In this document: positions 39,900-54,085 of the stretch, piece by piece | Position numbering within the stretch: the first letter of the stretch is position 1 | How the letters are laid out: the number at the start of each line of letters is the position of its first letter | NCBI GenBank assembly: GCA_951406725.2 | Contig: OX597817.1 | Location: forward strand, 29,140,001-29,204,000 | Length of the DNA: 64,000 bases | Direction of reading: 5' to 3' | From: Octopus vulgaris | Lineage: Eukaryota | Notes under the pieces: model-generated | The model's database searches: none | What the model was told of the DNA's origin: nothing | The model's input: only the letters and a program-made list of their open reading frames with translations | Made by a program: the position numbers and the translations under genes

Positions 39900-40570
39900 T
39901 GCTTGCTATTTTGCAATTCATCGCCCCCACTCTTCATTCCTCCCCATGCATCATTCACATGCATCATGGAGACCTTGAGAACATCCTTCAGTAAGGTCAT
40001 GCTTCCCTTATTACATTTAACAGCAAAAATACATCATGCTCAACTCGTATCAAGAATACCAGGATTCTCTCCTGGAGAAAGCACATCCTTTGTACAACTA
40101 GGACTGCATCTAAAAAGCTGACCCTTCTCTACAGATCCAGAAAATATTTCAGAACTCTTGAAGGTTCAAGTGATACCCTCAATGGAGTACTACTTACAAA
40201 TCTGAGATGGTGCTGCTGTTATATACACAGATATCCTGGACAGCATCCAGAGAAGAACCACTTGACTGACTGGTGTTTAATCACGAACAGGCAAACTTCA
40301 GCCTCTGACCCACAAGCAAGCTGTCTTTCCTTTCTGTCTTTCAATGTCACTACTATAAAGGCATCTGTTTCTCAGAGGGGAATGGTCTTGTACCTTTCCC
40401 AGTCAAGCAACCCTAAACTTCATCTCTCATTACCTTTGTTTCTTACAGTTCCCTCAGTTGACAGTGCCAAGACCTTCCCTAGAACATTAACTCTCTGAAA
40501 ACCTTACCCTGCTCATGTCTTCCTGCAGGCATTGATCTCAACGGTTGAAATGACACATTAACAGCATCAA
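39900..40570 (+). pseudogene. Degenerate CR1/L2/Jockey-group LINE C-terminal fragment
   Basis: RTASKKL..LYRSRKYF, SMEY, I*DGAAVIYTDILDSIQRR and FPRT...PAHVF motifs with stops and frameshifts. Confidence 0.7.
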
Positions 40571-40771
40571 GTGCACTGATCTTAGAGGGCCGACAAATTC
40601 CATGAGTACTGCCCCTTCTGCCAGGCTCAACAAATAGAAAGTGTATATGTGTGTGTGTGTGTGTGTGTATATATATAATTGTTTTGAGAAAGAAGATTGA
40701 TTAGAAATTCTCTCACAATATAGAGATTTGGACCTAGAAGTGCTCAAGGGTAACTTGAGATGAAAGCTATA

Positions 40772-41348
40772 AATATGTAATGTGAGAAAACAAAAGACCT
40801 GGTAATTCAATCCGCAAACATGACTCCGATTAGAGATGGATTTAAAGGACAACTATACATGATAGATTAAAAATTTATTAACACACAGACATTTTCTTTT
40901 TAAAGTCTATAATTAAATACATATATTAAAAATGTATGTGCAAAGTAATAGATTTTAAAGAATCTCTGGATTCAGACATAAAAAACGTTAAAATATGCAT
41001 GTATAAGTAAAAATATTGGAGAAAGTCTGACGTCTGAATTTTAACTCTGTCCTCATTGTATCTTTTAGTTTGTTTCCATCACCACTTCAAACTTTCTCCA
41101 ATATTTTTAATAACTATACATACATGTTTTAACATTTTTATGTCTGAATCCTGAGATTCTTTCAAATATATTACTTTATACATATATTTTTAATATATTT
41201 ATTTTACTTACAGATTTTTTTTTTTAAATGTCTGTGTATTAATAAATTTTTAATCTATCATGTTATAATTGCCCTTTAAATCCATCTCTAATCAGAGTCA
41301 TGTGTACAGATTGAATTACCAGGTCTTTTGTTTCTTCACATTATATAT
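40772..41348. repeat. Imperfect ~260-bp inverted repeat, ~50-bp spacer
   Basis: E.g. ACAAAAGACCTGGTAATTCAATC pairs with GATTGAATTACCAGGTCTTTTGT, and AAAAATATTGGAGAAAGT with ACTTTCTCCAATATTTTT. Confidence 0.9.
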
Positions 41349-41355
41349 ATATATA

Positions 41356-41492
41356 ATTACATGCGTATAAGAAGGGATGACCACTAAGTGGACATTCAAT
41401 ATGCTAGAAATAGATCACCTACGATCTAGGTGATCTATTTCTAGCATATTGGATGTCCACTTACTGGTCATCCCTTCTTATACGCATGTAAT
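41356..41492. repeat. 66-bp palindrome (2 mismatches), 5-nt loop
   Basis: 41356-41421 vs 41427-41492; loop CGATC. Confidence 0.95.
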
Positions 41493-43032
41493 ACAACTTT
41501 TCTGAATTTTCAGATCTTTCTATTTGCTAGGCCACTGGTTTTAAATTGATGTTAATTAAATTAATATTCAATTTATCACCCTCATTTTATATATATATAT
41601 ATATATATAAAATAAATGAAAATTGAGTTGCTGCATGGGGGTTAATTAGTTGGTTTGTGTATCTATATTAAGAAAAGTATTCTTCTATGGCCCATCACCT
41701 GACTTTATTTGTGTACTCTGACTACATTGTATGTTTTTGTCAAGAAGTGCTTTGGTCACCACCTACAGGCAATTCTGCAGCTCTTTGGTTATGGTGGCAT
41801 TTGCAGTTGTTTGTTTTACAATTATTTTTCTTTTTTATTTCCCTCCACCTACGAAACACATAAGTCACCTATCTTCCAATTTACCCTTCCTTACTTTAAT
41901 CCAGTGTGTCATGAAGAAGATATATTTAAGTTAATCTCTCTTCTTTAAAACTAGATTAGTTGTCTTTTGAAAAACCTGCTGATTACACTCATCACTTATT
42001 TTGCTTTTGAAGAAAACTTCCAGCTAGAGTTTATCAACCAATTATATCCCTAGTAATTTTAACTGTTAATGTCGTAAAAGTGACACAAAAAGTTAGCCAC
42101 CTGTGTGCTGAATTACTTCTGTTTTTCTTTGCACATTGATATCCACAATGAAAAAGGTCTGTATCTTTTACATTACTTAAGGTTTCTTGTCTTAAGAATG
42201 TCATTTGTTTTCCATCCCCATTCCGACACGTGATAACTCTGCAGGTCTGTGTGTCAATTATCTTTTAGTGGAAGGAACTTAAAAGGACGCAGATGATACA
42301 TCACATGATAGCTTTCCTTTCAATTATCTTAAGACTCTATGCAACTATATCCAAGGACATAGTTCTGTTTCCTTTATCTTTCAGGACAGCTCTATCCAGT
42401 TATTATATCCAAGAACATTTAGTTACATTTCAGGACAAGTTACTTAGATTAAGCACTATCCATCATCTACTTGATATCTATGTAAAGAGATTATTCCTAA
42501 TTTGCTATTGATATAAGTCTTTTGAAATTTTTCTAATAGTATCTTCATTAGTTACGTTGTAATATTAATATAGGCACTGTTAAAGCCACTATTGTTGGCA
42601 GTAGCTCTCATAGTGCAGTTGTTTTTATTTCCTGTTATGGATTTAACATAGAAACACAATTGCCTTTCTACAGGCTAGGCTGGAGTCTGATTCTTATCAT
42701 ATTTACATAAGATCATACTTTCACTTCCTTCAATAGAAGTATCAGAGTCTGTTTACTCTGCTAGTTAGGGAGGCAAATGATATTGAATAGCTTCAAAAGA
42801 ACAAGATTTTTAAGCTAGAAGGATATTTTATGCCTCCCCTGAAATCTAAAAGGAAACTGTTCAAATATTTTGAATGCTGCACACTCTCCAATGTTGACAA
42901 ACAAAAAAATGATAATGAAATTATGATGATGATAACAGTAAAATAACAATAACAGAAAAAAAAAAGTAATGTAGCATTTAAATTTTCCCTTTGATATTTT
43001 TCTGTTCATTATTTTTCTATTTCTATTTTCAG

Positions 43033-43136
43033 AAGGACATTATAAAGATACTGCAACCTCTCTATACACAGTGCCATCGTCCATTTTAATTCTGATTACC
43101 ATATTGCCAATTCTTGAGTTACTCTCTGGAGTGTGA
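43033..43136 (+). CDS. Terminal coding exon: GPI-anchor signal-like C-terminus and TGA stop
   Basis: Long U-rich tract + CAG acceptor (43031-43032). The phase-1 join gives QGHYKDTATSLYTVPSSILILITILPILELLSGV* (TGA 43134-43136): small residues, a polar spacer and a terminal hydrophobic stretch with no cytoplasmic tail, as expected for GPI-anchored IgLON/Lachesin proteins. Confidence 0.8.
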
Positions 43137-44324
43137 TGCAATTTTTTCAGCTTGTACATTTTATTAAACAACTGGATTTTTAAATGTTGCTGCTGCTACT
43201 GCTGCTGCCGCCACTCAAAGTCTAAATACAAGAAAGTAATGGACTTTTACATTTTTTTTAAAAAATTTTGTTTTTCCTCCCATGAAGAACAAATCAATTT
43301 TGCTTTTGCCAACACAAAAATACAATTTACGAACAGGAAAAAATTTAAAACTAAGCATGAATTTCTATGATAATAACAACAATAATAATAACACCACAAC
43401 ATATACAAACAACAACAATAACAATAATAGTAACGATAATCATAATAATATTAATAATAAAGTGAAAATAAGTAAATTTCATCACACAAAGCAGAAAGTA
43501 AATAATGGTCAGTGAGCAAACTTTCTATCAGTTTCAATAATTAAGCAATTGTGAAAGTTGCCATGGCAATATTAACAAACAACAACAATACTATCACTGG
43601 CATCCACAAATACAACTATAAACAAAATAGGAAAATGGAACACACAGCAGCTAGACAATAGAACATAAAATACCTGTTTCTGAAGAGTATCTAAATACCA
43701 AGTATTGTTTATACAATGTAGAGTTGCCAAAGATACTATAATGATAATAATTAGATTATAAGGAGAATGTGAAGTTGCAGTGTTCATTCATTCCAAAACA
43801 ACATGAAATTTTAAATATTAAATCCTACAGCAATTACAAGAATAAGAGCTGTGTAATGAGAAGGGAGATTAAGAATAATCAGCAATAATATTAAAATTTA
43901 AAATTCATCATATATATATATATATATATATACATACACACATACACATATATATATAATATATATGTATATATATTATATATATAATATATATGTATAT
44001 ATATATAATATATATATATATAAATGAGAGGCAAGGTGGGAGAGAGAGAGAGCAAAATAAAAAGAATGAGAGACAGCGAGCGAGAGAAAGATTGCATGCT
44101 AATGCTTAATATATCGCTGTGAAACAGAATAAATAAATCAATAATGGTCTCATGAACTACATGAGTATTCTGTTTTGTGTTTTTTTTTGTATATATATAA
44201 TTGTGTGTATGTATATAAATATGTATGGGTGTGGTTGTGTGTGCATGTGTGACATGTATATATGCATGTGTGTGTGTGTGATGTATTAATGTGTGAGCAT
44301 ATAGCAATATTCACATACATGTGT

Positions 44325-44358
<34 letters not shown>

Positions 44359-46100
44359 ATATATATATACATATACAATGTAGAATTATATATATATAAA
44401 CATACATTACATGCACACACCCACTCACAGATATTCCTAGCAGATGTCCTTGGATGGATATATCTAAAGAATTGTTGAAACTTCAACCAACTCAGAACAC
44501 TACTGGAAAGTCATTAGCTTCTTCACAGATGCTAAAATTTTCTTTTTATTCTTAATAATAAAGGGATAATGTTAGCAACGATGCTGATGACAATGACAAC
44601 ATCGGCATTGAAGGTGTTGATAATGATGAAAAAAATAATATAATGCTTTGTGTTTTTTTTTGTTTTTTTTTTTAATCCATTTCTGTTATACAAGAGAATG
44701 GAATTCTAACAACCAACAAAGAAATAGAAAAATAATGAAAAGAATAAATAAGAACAAGCTAATTGGAGTAAAGTGCTTCTTAAATATGGGAGAAAAAATA
44801 TTACCTAACAAACTGGAATGGTATATTACTGTTGCATTTTGTATGTGATGATTTTGGTCTTGAAGTGCAATATTATTACAGGTATCCATACACATACACT
44901 CTTACATAAGTTTACTTGTGTAATATGCAGACACACATAAGCATATTCAACATTTACTTTCACTGGTAACTTGATTTGGACAATTTGATGGCAATAACCT
45001 TTGAGAAATATTTGACTACAATTAAAATAAAGACAAATTTAACACTATGTATATGACTGGATGATAGTCATAAAAAAACTTCCACTTTGGAATTTTTTGT
45101 TCATTTATTTTTGTTTTGTTTTATTTTTGTTCAACATAAAGAAAAGAAAATCTACATAAATACTAAAAGAAAATGAACACCTATCACTTATGAGAAACAT
45201 GGAAATATCTGATCAACATCCAAGAAATGTGCTTGATAATTTGCTTGAAATGTTTATTTGCATGAAAATATATTAAGGAAAAATGGCTTTGATACATTTT
45301 TTTTTTTTTTTTCCATATTCAAAATCCATAAATTCTTTCTCACTTAATTTCTGTCTGCCTGCCTGTCATTCTCCAAATGTATCAGGTCATATCATGAGTT
45401 GCCATATAGGGTTATTTGATAATATTTCTTATTGTTTCATGTAAATAAAGGTGCATGAAATAAAACCAAAACCAAAAAAAAAAAAAAAAAATAAAGGAAT
45501 GTTACTTATGGAATGACCAGATATTCCTGCCACAACTTATTTGAATACAAGTAACTGGCTGAGTCCCATCTCTTTTCTTTTTGCCCCTCATAGTCATATT
45601 TTATCTCTGAACTAAGTATAAGTGGCTTTTAATTAACAAATATTTTGTTGTAGTTGATGTTATTGTTAATTTGTTAGGTTTCTATACATCAGGCAATTTT
45701 TCCTTGTGTTATGTTGAGCCACTGTAAACTAACTATGTAAAAAATCAAAAAAGAAGAAAAAAAGATAACAGAAAAGTGGCAGCATTTTAGAAATGCTGGA
45801 AAACTAGATTTTATGTTTATTTTCGTTTCTGCCTTATATTTCTTTCCTTCTTTCTCTATTTTTGTATCTAAATGTTCACATAATATTATCATAATTCCTT
45901 CCATAAATGAAGTTTCACAGTTAGATATCTAACAGCAATAACAAATCAAATAAATGCTGACCATTAAGGTTTATTAAACTCCTTCAACATACCAGACATC
46001 TGATGTATTTTGTTGTTTTTATAGGAGAAATATATTATAACATACTATAAATATGTATTTTTTATTAAATTTAGTAAATAAAGGTTTGTCATGCTTAACA
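43137..46100 (+). other. Probable long 3' UTR (end uncertain)
   Basis: Follows the stop codon, AU-rich, with no recognisable SINE/LINE copy until ~48.1 kb. Several AATAAA, e.g. 46077-46082. Confidence 0.45.
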
Positions 46101-47043
46101 CTCCTTATGAAACAATAGACATATATTTCCTTTCTTTCTGCCTTATGATGAATGCTTTTTCTTCAATCTCTCTCTCTCTCTCTCTTTTGCTCTCTTTTCC
46201 TAAATCAGTACTTGTTGATTCTAAAGGGTGCTTTGGCTACATATAGTTGTCAGTAACAGTCCCGTGGTAGATTAAAGTAATGAAATGCTTCGACATATAT
46301 AAACTGCAAAAATATATCCAATAGATGTGGAGATTAAAATGGAACAAGTTCCTTGCATTTCATAAATATTTGCAAAATAGACTTTAAGATATACATGTCA
46401 AGTATTTCATGTAAAAGGCACTTAAATTAAAAATCATTTGTGGAATGTCTGTAAAATACATAGAATTATAAACCCTAACAAAATTAGCACTTCATTTGCA
46501 AACTTATTTCTCCAAGACTCCTATCAGAAAAAGGAAATTAAATTTGCATATCTTTGCTTCTCAACTTCCTGAATTTTTATATCTTACCATGGCAGTTGAT
46601 CTTCAAGGTAGCTGTTGGTTGATATTTCTGCCAGTTATTGTTTTGTTTGTTATAATTCACTGGTTTGTTATTGTTAAAATAAGTTAGAGATGATAAATGA
46701 TGAAAATGCTATGGAACTATTTTATAAACTATTAAATATAAGTGTTTAAAAATTAATGTCATTTAAAGATATGGTCTTCTTTCATTGGATGACAATCAAT
46801 CTGTTTAAATGTCTTTAGTTACTATTGTTTCAATTCATCCAAAAACAAAAAAAAAAAAAAGAAATGAAAACATTTCAATATTCGGGTGTAATCAGTTAAA
46901 ATAAATTAAGAAAAAAAAAAGATTGATTTCTGTTTCATAAAATTTTCAAACTGTCTTAAAGAAATCCTTTTGAATTATACTTGTGTATGTGTTAATACAT
47001 AATATGAATATATACTTACATTTCAAGAAAAAAAATATTACAT

Positions 47044-47079
<36 letters not shown>

Positions 47080-48705
47080 GGAGAAAGTGTACTTCATATA
47101 TGGAGTAAAGTTTAAATATTGGTTCAAAGCTAATGATTCACTGCATCAATACACCATCCAAGTTTCTTGCCTTGTATGTTCACTAGAATGAAATCACAAG
47201 AACAGGAAACCCAAAATATCAATGAAAGGAATCATCAGCTTCAAATTCAAAGTATAAATCTTTTCAGCACTCTAATTAATGCTTATGTTTGTTATACAAA
47301 ATATGAGAGTCCATACTCTGAGTGACACTGCTAAGGAAGTGTGAATTAAAATCATCATCATCCATATTTTTCATTAAAATATGAGTGTATGGTTGTAGCT
47401 GTGTATGTGTATACATACATACACACACACAAACAAATATTTAAAAGCTTGCTGGAAGTGCAGTATATTACCAAAAGTTTTGAAGCTCAGTAAACAGTTC
47501 CACAATTGACTCCTATCCTCCACACTGTTTGTCTATAATCATCATATCTCAGGATAAGCCAGCATGCAGAGTTCAAGCCACATTATACATATAACAGTAT
47601 TTTTTTCCATTTTTGTCATTACTAATAATACCAAGGAATCCAATTTTAATACAGCTGAGGAATTCCTCTTATCTGCTGTCCAATGGATATTGACTTGGTT
47701 TCCAAACTAATAGCAGCATTACTATTTCCATTGGTGACAAACAACCTTAGAAAAATATCCATTGCTGTTTGGAAGTATATAATGCAAATGTTTCTACTTT
47801 CACCACAAATTATGAACATACCTATTCCTAAAATACCATAAATTGTCAAAAACTAAAACATACAAATAATCGCAATTCAGCTTAAGAATCGTAATATAAC
47901 CAATAAATAAGACATATGAAACAAATTATGACCAACTCACAAACCAACCACACCAAACTATACAATGAAAAATTAAATTCACGTCTAAAAATTGAGAATA
48001 ATGGAACAATATATACTTTGAAATAAATTACATACTAATAAATATAACAATAAAAACATACTTTGGTACTAAGAACAACATACATATGAGGCAAGACTGT
48101 CAGCTTATATGATATATATATATATATATATATGTAGGTGCAAGTATGACTATGTACATACAGAGATATATATATATGTTTGTAGGTGCAAGTATGACTG
48201 AATGGTTATAAAGTTCACTTCACAACTGTAAAGTCCCGGAGGTTCAATCTCAGTGCATGATATCTTGAGCTATTGTCATATTTCTGTAGCTTCAGGTCAA
48301 CCATATATATAATTTGTGAGTAAAATTTGATAGACGCCAAAAATGTAAAAGCCTATTGGGTGGATTGTACCTAAAATTCAAAAGCTACAAGCTTATCAAA
48401 TACTGTATCACATTGATACTGACCGTGAACTATGTTAATAGTGTGCATGTATGTGGAACCCTTAGCCACTTACATATTAATTCAGGAAGGGGTGATTCAG
48501 TTGATTAAGCAAGTGAATCCTCATCTTCGAAAAGTGCAGATACTCCACCACTGTAATTATATATCTAAAACTGTGTGTGTACATACATATATATATATAT
48601 ATGCGTGTTCACAAATGTATGTGTGCATTTATATATGAAAAAATATACGTATGTATGAGTGAATATTATATTTGTGGGTATATATATGTGTGTGTGTGTG
48701 TATGT

Positions 48706-49062
48706 ATCTCTTTTACTTGTTTCGGTCATTGGACTGCAATTGTGCTGGAATACCATCAAACAGATTGACCCCAGTATTATTTATTCATTTTAAAGATCTG
48801 GTGCTTATTCTATTGGTTTCTTCCTTTGGTATGAACTGCACAGTTTTAGGAACATAAATAAACTTGCACCAGCTGTCAAGCAATTGAGGTGGGACAAGCA
48901 CACACAAAAGGCTTGTGCACAGTTTCTCTCTATCAAATTCACTCACAGGGCATTGGTTGGCCACAGGTCATAGAAGAAGACACATGTCCAAGGTGCTACT
49001 CGCTGGGACTGAATCCAAAAGCACATGGATGCAGAGTGAATTTCTGAACCACACAGCTTTAC
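48706..49062 (-). mobile_element. Diverged SINE family A copy
   Basis: CTCTTTTACTTGTTTCGGTCATTGGACTG tail ... GGGACTGAATCC head; more degenerate than other copies. Confidence 0.7.
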
Positions 49063-50182
49063 TACCAAAACTCCAGCTTGAACTGCAACTGAAAAGAAAA
49101 GTGGGGGCATTGAAGTTGCTTATCGAAGATAGGTAGAAGTGGTCTTCGTTGAGTAGTTAGATATATATTAGAAGCAGTGAATGAACAAGCAAAATGTGGT
49201 ATCACTTTAGAAGATTTAATTTAAAATTTCAAAATAGTGCAGAATAGTTCATAAATTAATGCTCTAAAGTGATACCACATGTTTTGCTCATTCATTCTTT
49301 GTCTCTCTTCTTGACCAGCACCTTGTAAAATAGCGCCCATTGACCAAAAAATTGCGAGTGGATTTCATGAATGGAAACTGATAGAAGTATGCTATGTGTA
49401 TGTATAAAAATACAGGTAGGCACATACCTCTGTATGTGACTGTGTTTCCATCTGCACTTGTCTGAAAATCTTTCAATTACAAGAGTGATGTTGTTGTCAC
49501 TTTCTCTATCAAATAAATTTCCATTGAAATGGAAGAAGGTTTACTTGATATATATGATTGGGTTACAAACAAGAAAGGTAACCAATTGTAAAAAAGAAAT
49601 CTATATAGCCCATCTTACGTTGGTAAAAAAAAAGCATATAAAAATGAATGAATAAATATACATATATGCATATAGTTTGTGCGTACATATGTGTTATTAA
49701 TGTGTATATTATGGTTATGTATAAATATGTGTGTACATGCATCTATATACCTAAGTGTATATACATATTCACATGTACACTCAAGTGTATGTGTATTATA
49801 TATATATATATATATATATATTTATTTATATACAAACACACACATTTAGTGGTGCCATATACATACTGTGAAGGGAACGTTATTTATATATACATAGGAA
49901 GGCAATTAAGGAAAGTGCCATGAAAAAAAGTACCCATTACTCACTGTAAAGTGGTTGATAGTGCAGTGAGCCTCAAAAACTATGCAAAAGAAGACATTGG
50001 AGTTTGAAGCTGTCCTCAGATCCATCATACCCTGTCAAACCATCCTATCCATACCAGCAAGGAATGTGGGACAATAAATGATGATGATAATAATCATGAC
50101 ACACATATGTGTCTGTGGAATGAGTAGATATATATATATATGTGTATATATATATGTATATATATATATATATGTGTGTATG

Positions 50183-50227
<45 letters not shown>

Positions 50228-50531
50228 CTATGTATTTGTATATATATATATGTATGTATATGAAGATATATATAGATATATTATTCACACACATGAATGT
50301 GTATATATGCATATACATATCTATATATACATCTTTTTACATTGACTGGTACAAGTTTCATTCTGCGAACAACTTTAACCAGGGAAGTTTTTCAGATTTT
50401 ATCCACGCATGTTATTTTTTCATGTATATGAAGATATTTGAGCCTGTAGGTCAAAGCAAAACATGTATTCATGTACATGTGCACATGTATATATTATATG
50501 TATGCATATATCTGCGTGCATGTGTTTCTGG

Positions 50532-50607
<76 letters not shown>

Positions 50608-51006
50608 AATGTGTTTTTGTGTATGTATAGCATAAATTAGTATAAATGAAAGAAGTAGAGCATGATATAATTTTGTGTGTGGTATGAAGAATATCACTTT
50701 CTGATAGTTTGTGAAAGTTTCAAGTACAGACAGTCTTTAATGTTACACAAATCATACACTACAGACATGAAGATTCCTGGTGAATTTGTCAGGTATCCTC
50801 ATATATTTGTATATCTATATAAATTATCCTTTATGAAATGTGCTAGCTCTACATTGTCCGAAGTATATCAAAATTGGTTAGTCAGTCATGAGACTATTAG
50901 GAGTTATGCTGTACCCTGAATACATGAAGATATATATTTATGTGCATCATCATTTAACATCAGTTTTCCATTCTAGCATAATGTATATATGTGTGTATAT
51001 ATATAT

Positions 51007-51067
<61 letters not shown>

Positions 51068-51242
51068 CCAGTTTGTCACAGTGAACTCATCAAACCAGTA
51101 TGATCTCAAGCTCAAATTTATGGCCACCACATCTGACTGTGGTTGGTGGAGATAACATGCCGAGGCCTTCATCCTGCAGTATATTGAACATGGGCAGTCC
51201 AAGATATATATGTTATATACACACACACACATATATATGTAT

Positions 51243-51602
51243 GAGTGGCTGTGGTAAGGAGCTTGCTTTCCAACCACATGGTTCCAGGTTCAGTCTTATG
51301 GCGTGGCACCTTGAGCAAGTGTCTTCTTTAGCTTTGGGTTGACCAAAGCCTTGTGAGTGAATTTGGTAGATGGAAAATGAAAGAAGCCTGTCGTATATGT
51401 ATATATGTATCTGTGTTTGTCCCCTCCACCATCGCTTGACAACAGATGTTGGTGTGTTTATGTCTCTGTAACTTAGCAGTTCAGCAAAAGACACCAATAG
51501 AATAAGTACTAGGCTTGCAAAGAATAAGTTCTGGAGTCGATTTGTTCGACTAAAGGCAGTACTCCAGCATGGTCACAGTCAAATGATAAACAAGTAAAAG
51601 AA
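51243..51602 (+). mobile_element. SINE family A copy
   Basis: Head, central and tail motifs all present. Confidence 0.85.
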
Positions 51603-52524
51603 AATATATATATGTGTGTATCATTATATATAATGGAATGTTGATACATATATAAAGATAGAGGAGATAGAAAGGAAAATGTAGCTAAATATATGTAGAT
51701 AGATAGACAGATAGATTATGATATATACATATACACATATGTGTATGGGTAACACAATGAAAAATGTAAAATAATATAGTAATCTCTCCATTTAAGGTCT
51801 GATTGTTTTCACTGTTCTTTTTGACAGTCACCATTTGCATGCTTGTGTAAATGTGTGTGTGTGTTTGTATGTGTATGCTCACACACACACAGAAACACAA
51901 GAATGTAAGGGGTCACTGAAGGCTTCTCTCAAATAGCACCGAAAGCTGTCAAACCTATCCACCTAAGCAAAGCTCTTTACTTCCTGAAGCAATAACTAAT
52001 TAAGTGACCAATATGCCAGCTGAATGTCATTTATAAAAATCAGATTTCTGGGGAATATATGTTGTGGAGTAAGAGGTGTGAAGTCCTTAATCAGAAGCTA
52101 GCAGAAAGTCCAGGGTAGATTGGAATAAGGAGGTGATTACAAAAAAAAAAAGGGAGAAAAGACCCAAGTAAAAATAATGCATACAGGTTTGGTTCACATG
52201 CTTAAAATCTGACTAGCAAAAAGTGTAAGAGATAATTGTGATTTTAGTGACAAGGAAGATATATACATTCATATATACAACCACATATATTTGGCTAACT
52301 ATATATATATATATATATATCATTATCATCATCGTTTAACGTCCGCTTTCCATGCTAGCATGGGTTGGACGATTTGACTGAGGACTGGCAAACCAGATGG
52401 CTGCTCCAGGTTCCAATGTGATCTGGCAGAGTTTCTACTGCTGGATGCCCTTCCTAACACCAACCCCTCTGAGATTGTAGTGGGTGCTTTTTACGTGCCT
52501 ATATATATATATATATATATATAG

Positions 52525-52646
52525 CATTGAAAGAGGGCAGCAGTGTCAAATTCCCTCCTTCATCAAATGCCAATCACAAGATTGAAAAGATGATTACACT
52601 GACGGTGCTCCAGCATGGCCACAACCTTAGGGCTGAAACATAAAAA
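52525..52646 (+). mobile_element. Short CR1-group LINE 3' tip
   Basis: RAAVSNSLLHQM-coding segment homologous to ~62910-62945, followed by GGTGCTCCAGCATGGCCACAACCTTAGGGCTGAAAC. Confidence 0.65.
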
Positions 52647-52671
52647 TATATACATTATATGAATGTGTGTG

Positions 52672-52702
<31 letters not shown>

Positions 52703-52791
52703 TACACACGTATATGTAAGTGTATATATATATATGATATATACATACATGTATACCCATGCTAGCATGTAAGGCAAACGTTAAATGATGA

Positions 52792-52829
<38 letters not shown>

Positions 52830-53277
52830 TATATATAGCTCATAGATGAGAATCAGATATTCTCCATATAGAATACACATAGTAGGGTGTATATGGTTCA
52901 GTTCTATTTAATAAAGCATATAAATTATATATGCATGTATATTTCTATACTCATATACAACTACCTTTATTTATATATTCATAATTTTTCCATTTGCACA
53001 CGTGTGCGTATATATATGTATATATGCATAGAAGTGTATATGTGTACGAATGAAAGAATATGTTTCGAGGTACAAATATAACAAAGCATAAATAACACAC
53101 GAAGATCGTTTGTGTACTTTACGTTAATGATTGATTCTTTCGCTGGAGGGAGTCTATCATTTTGTTGAAGGAACTGAGAGAAAAATCAAAGTACTTAAGT
53201 AAATATCTATATTTGTGTATACACAATCATAGTCACACATACAAACACATCTACATCCATATGTGTGTATATATATA

Positions 53278-53314
<37 letters not shown>

Positions 53315-53372
53315 GTGCATGTATGCGTATGTATATGCAGAAAGAAAGAGATACACACACACATATATATAT

Positions 53373-53723
53373 AGGTACAGATGTGGCTGTATGGTTAGAA
53401 GTTTGCTTCCTAACTACATGGTTCCAGGTTCAGTCCCACTGCATGGCACCTTGGGTGTCTTCTACTATAGCATATATATATATATATACATGTGTGTGTA
53501 TCTTTGTGTTTGTGTTTAGCCTCTACCACTGCATGACAGCCAGAGTTGGTGTGTTCAATTCTCTGAACTTAGCAGTTTGGCAAAAAAAAAAAAAAGGCTG
53601 ATAAAATACATATCAGGCTTTAAAAAATAAGCACTGGGGTTTATTCGTTTGATCTGAAAAAAAAATTCTACAAGGCAATGCCTTAGCATGGCCACACTAT
53701 AATGACAGAAACAAATAAAAAGA
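53373..53723 (+). mobile_element. SINE family A copy (internally deleted/diverged)
   Basis: Head GGTTCCAGGTTCAGTCCCACTGCATGGCACCTTGGG; tail AGCATGGCCACACTATAATGACAGAAACAAATAAAAG. Confidence 0.75.
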
Positions 53724-54048
53724 AAATATATATATATATATATATGCATCCACACAGATATCTATATACATATTAATGGATATGCAGATATACTCACACA
53801 CACACATATATATATCATAAACAAAGGGTGAAATTACTGACTTAATTCTGAAATGTACGTCCGTGGGTAACCTAATATAGAATGATTTTTGTCATTTTTT
53901 CCCCTTTTGCCTGCGTGGTTTGTTTTCAAGTGTTTTGTTTTTTCTGGGAACTCCCTTTAAAGTAGAAGAAATAGCTAAGATTTTTTGACTGCTATTTCTA
54001 AACTTCGGTATGTGGTGAAGCAAATCCTTGCTGAACCCTAATTATATA

Positions 54049-54085
<37 letters not shown>

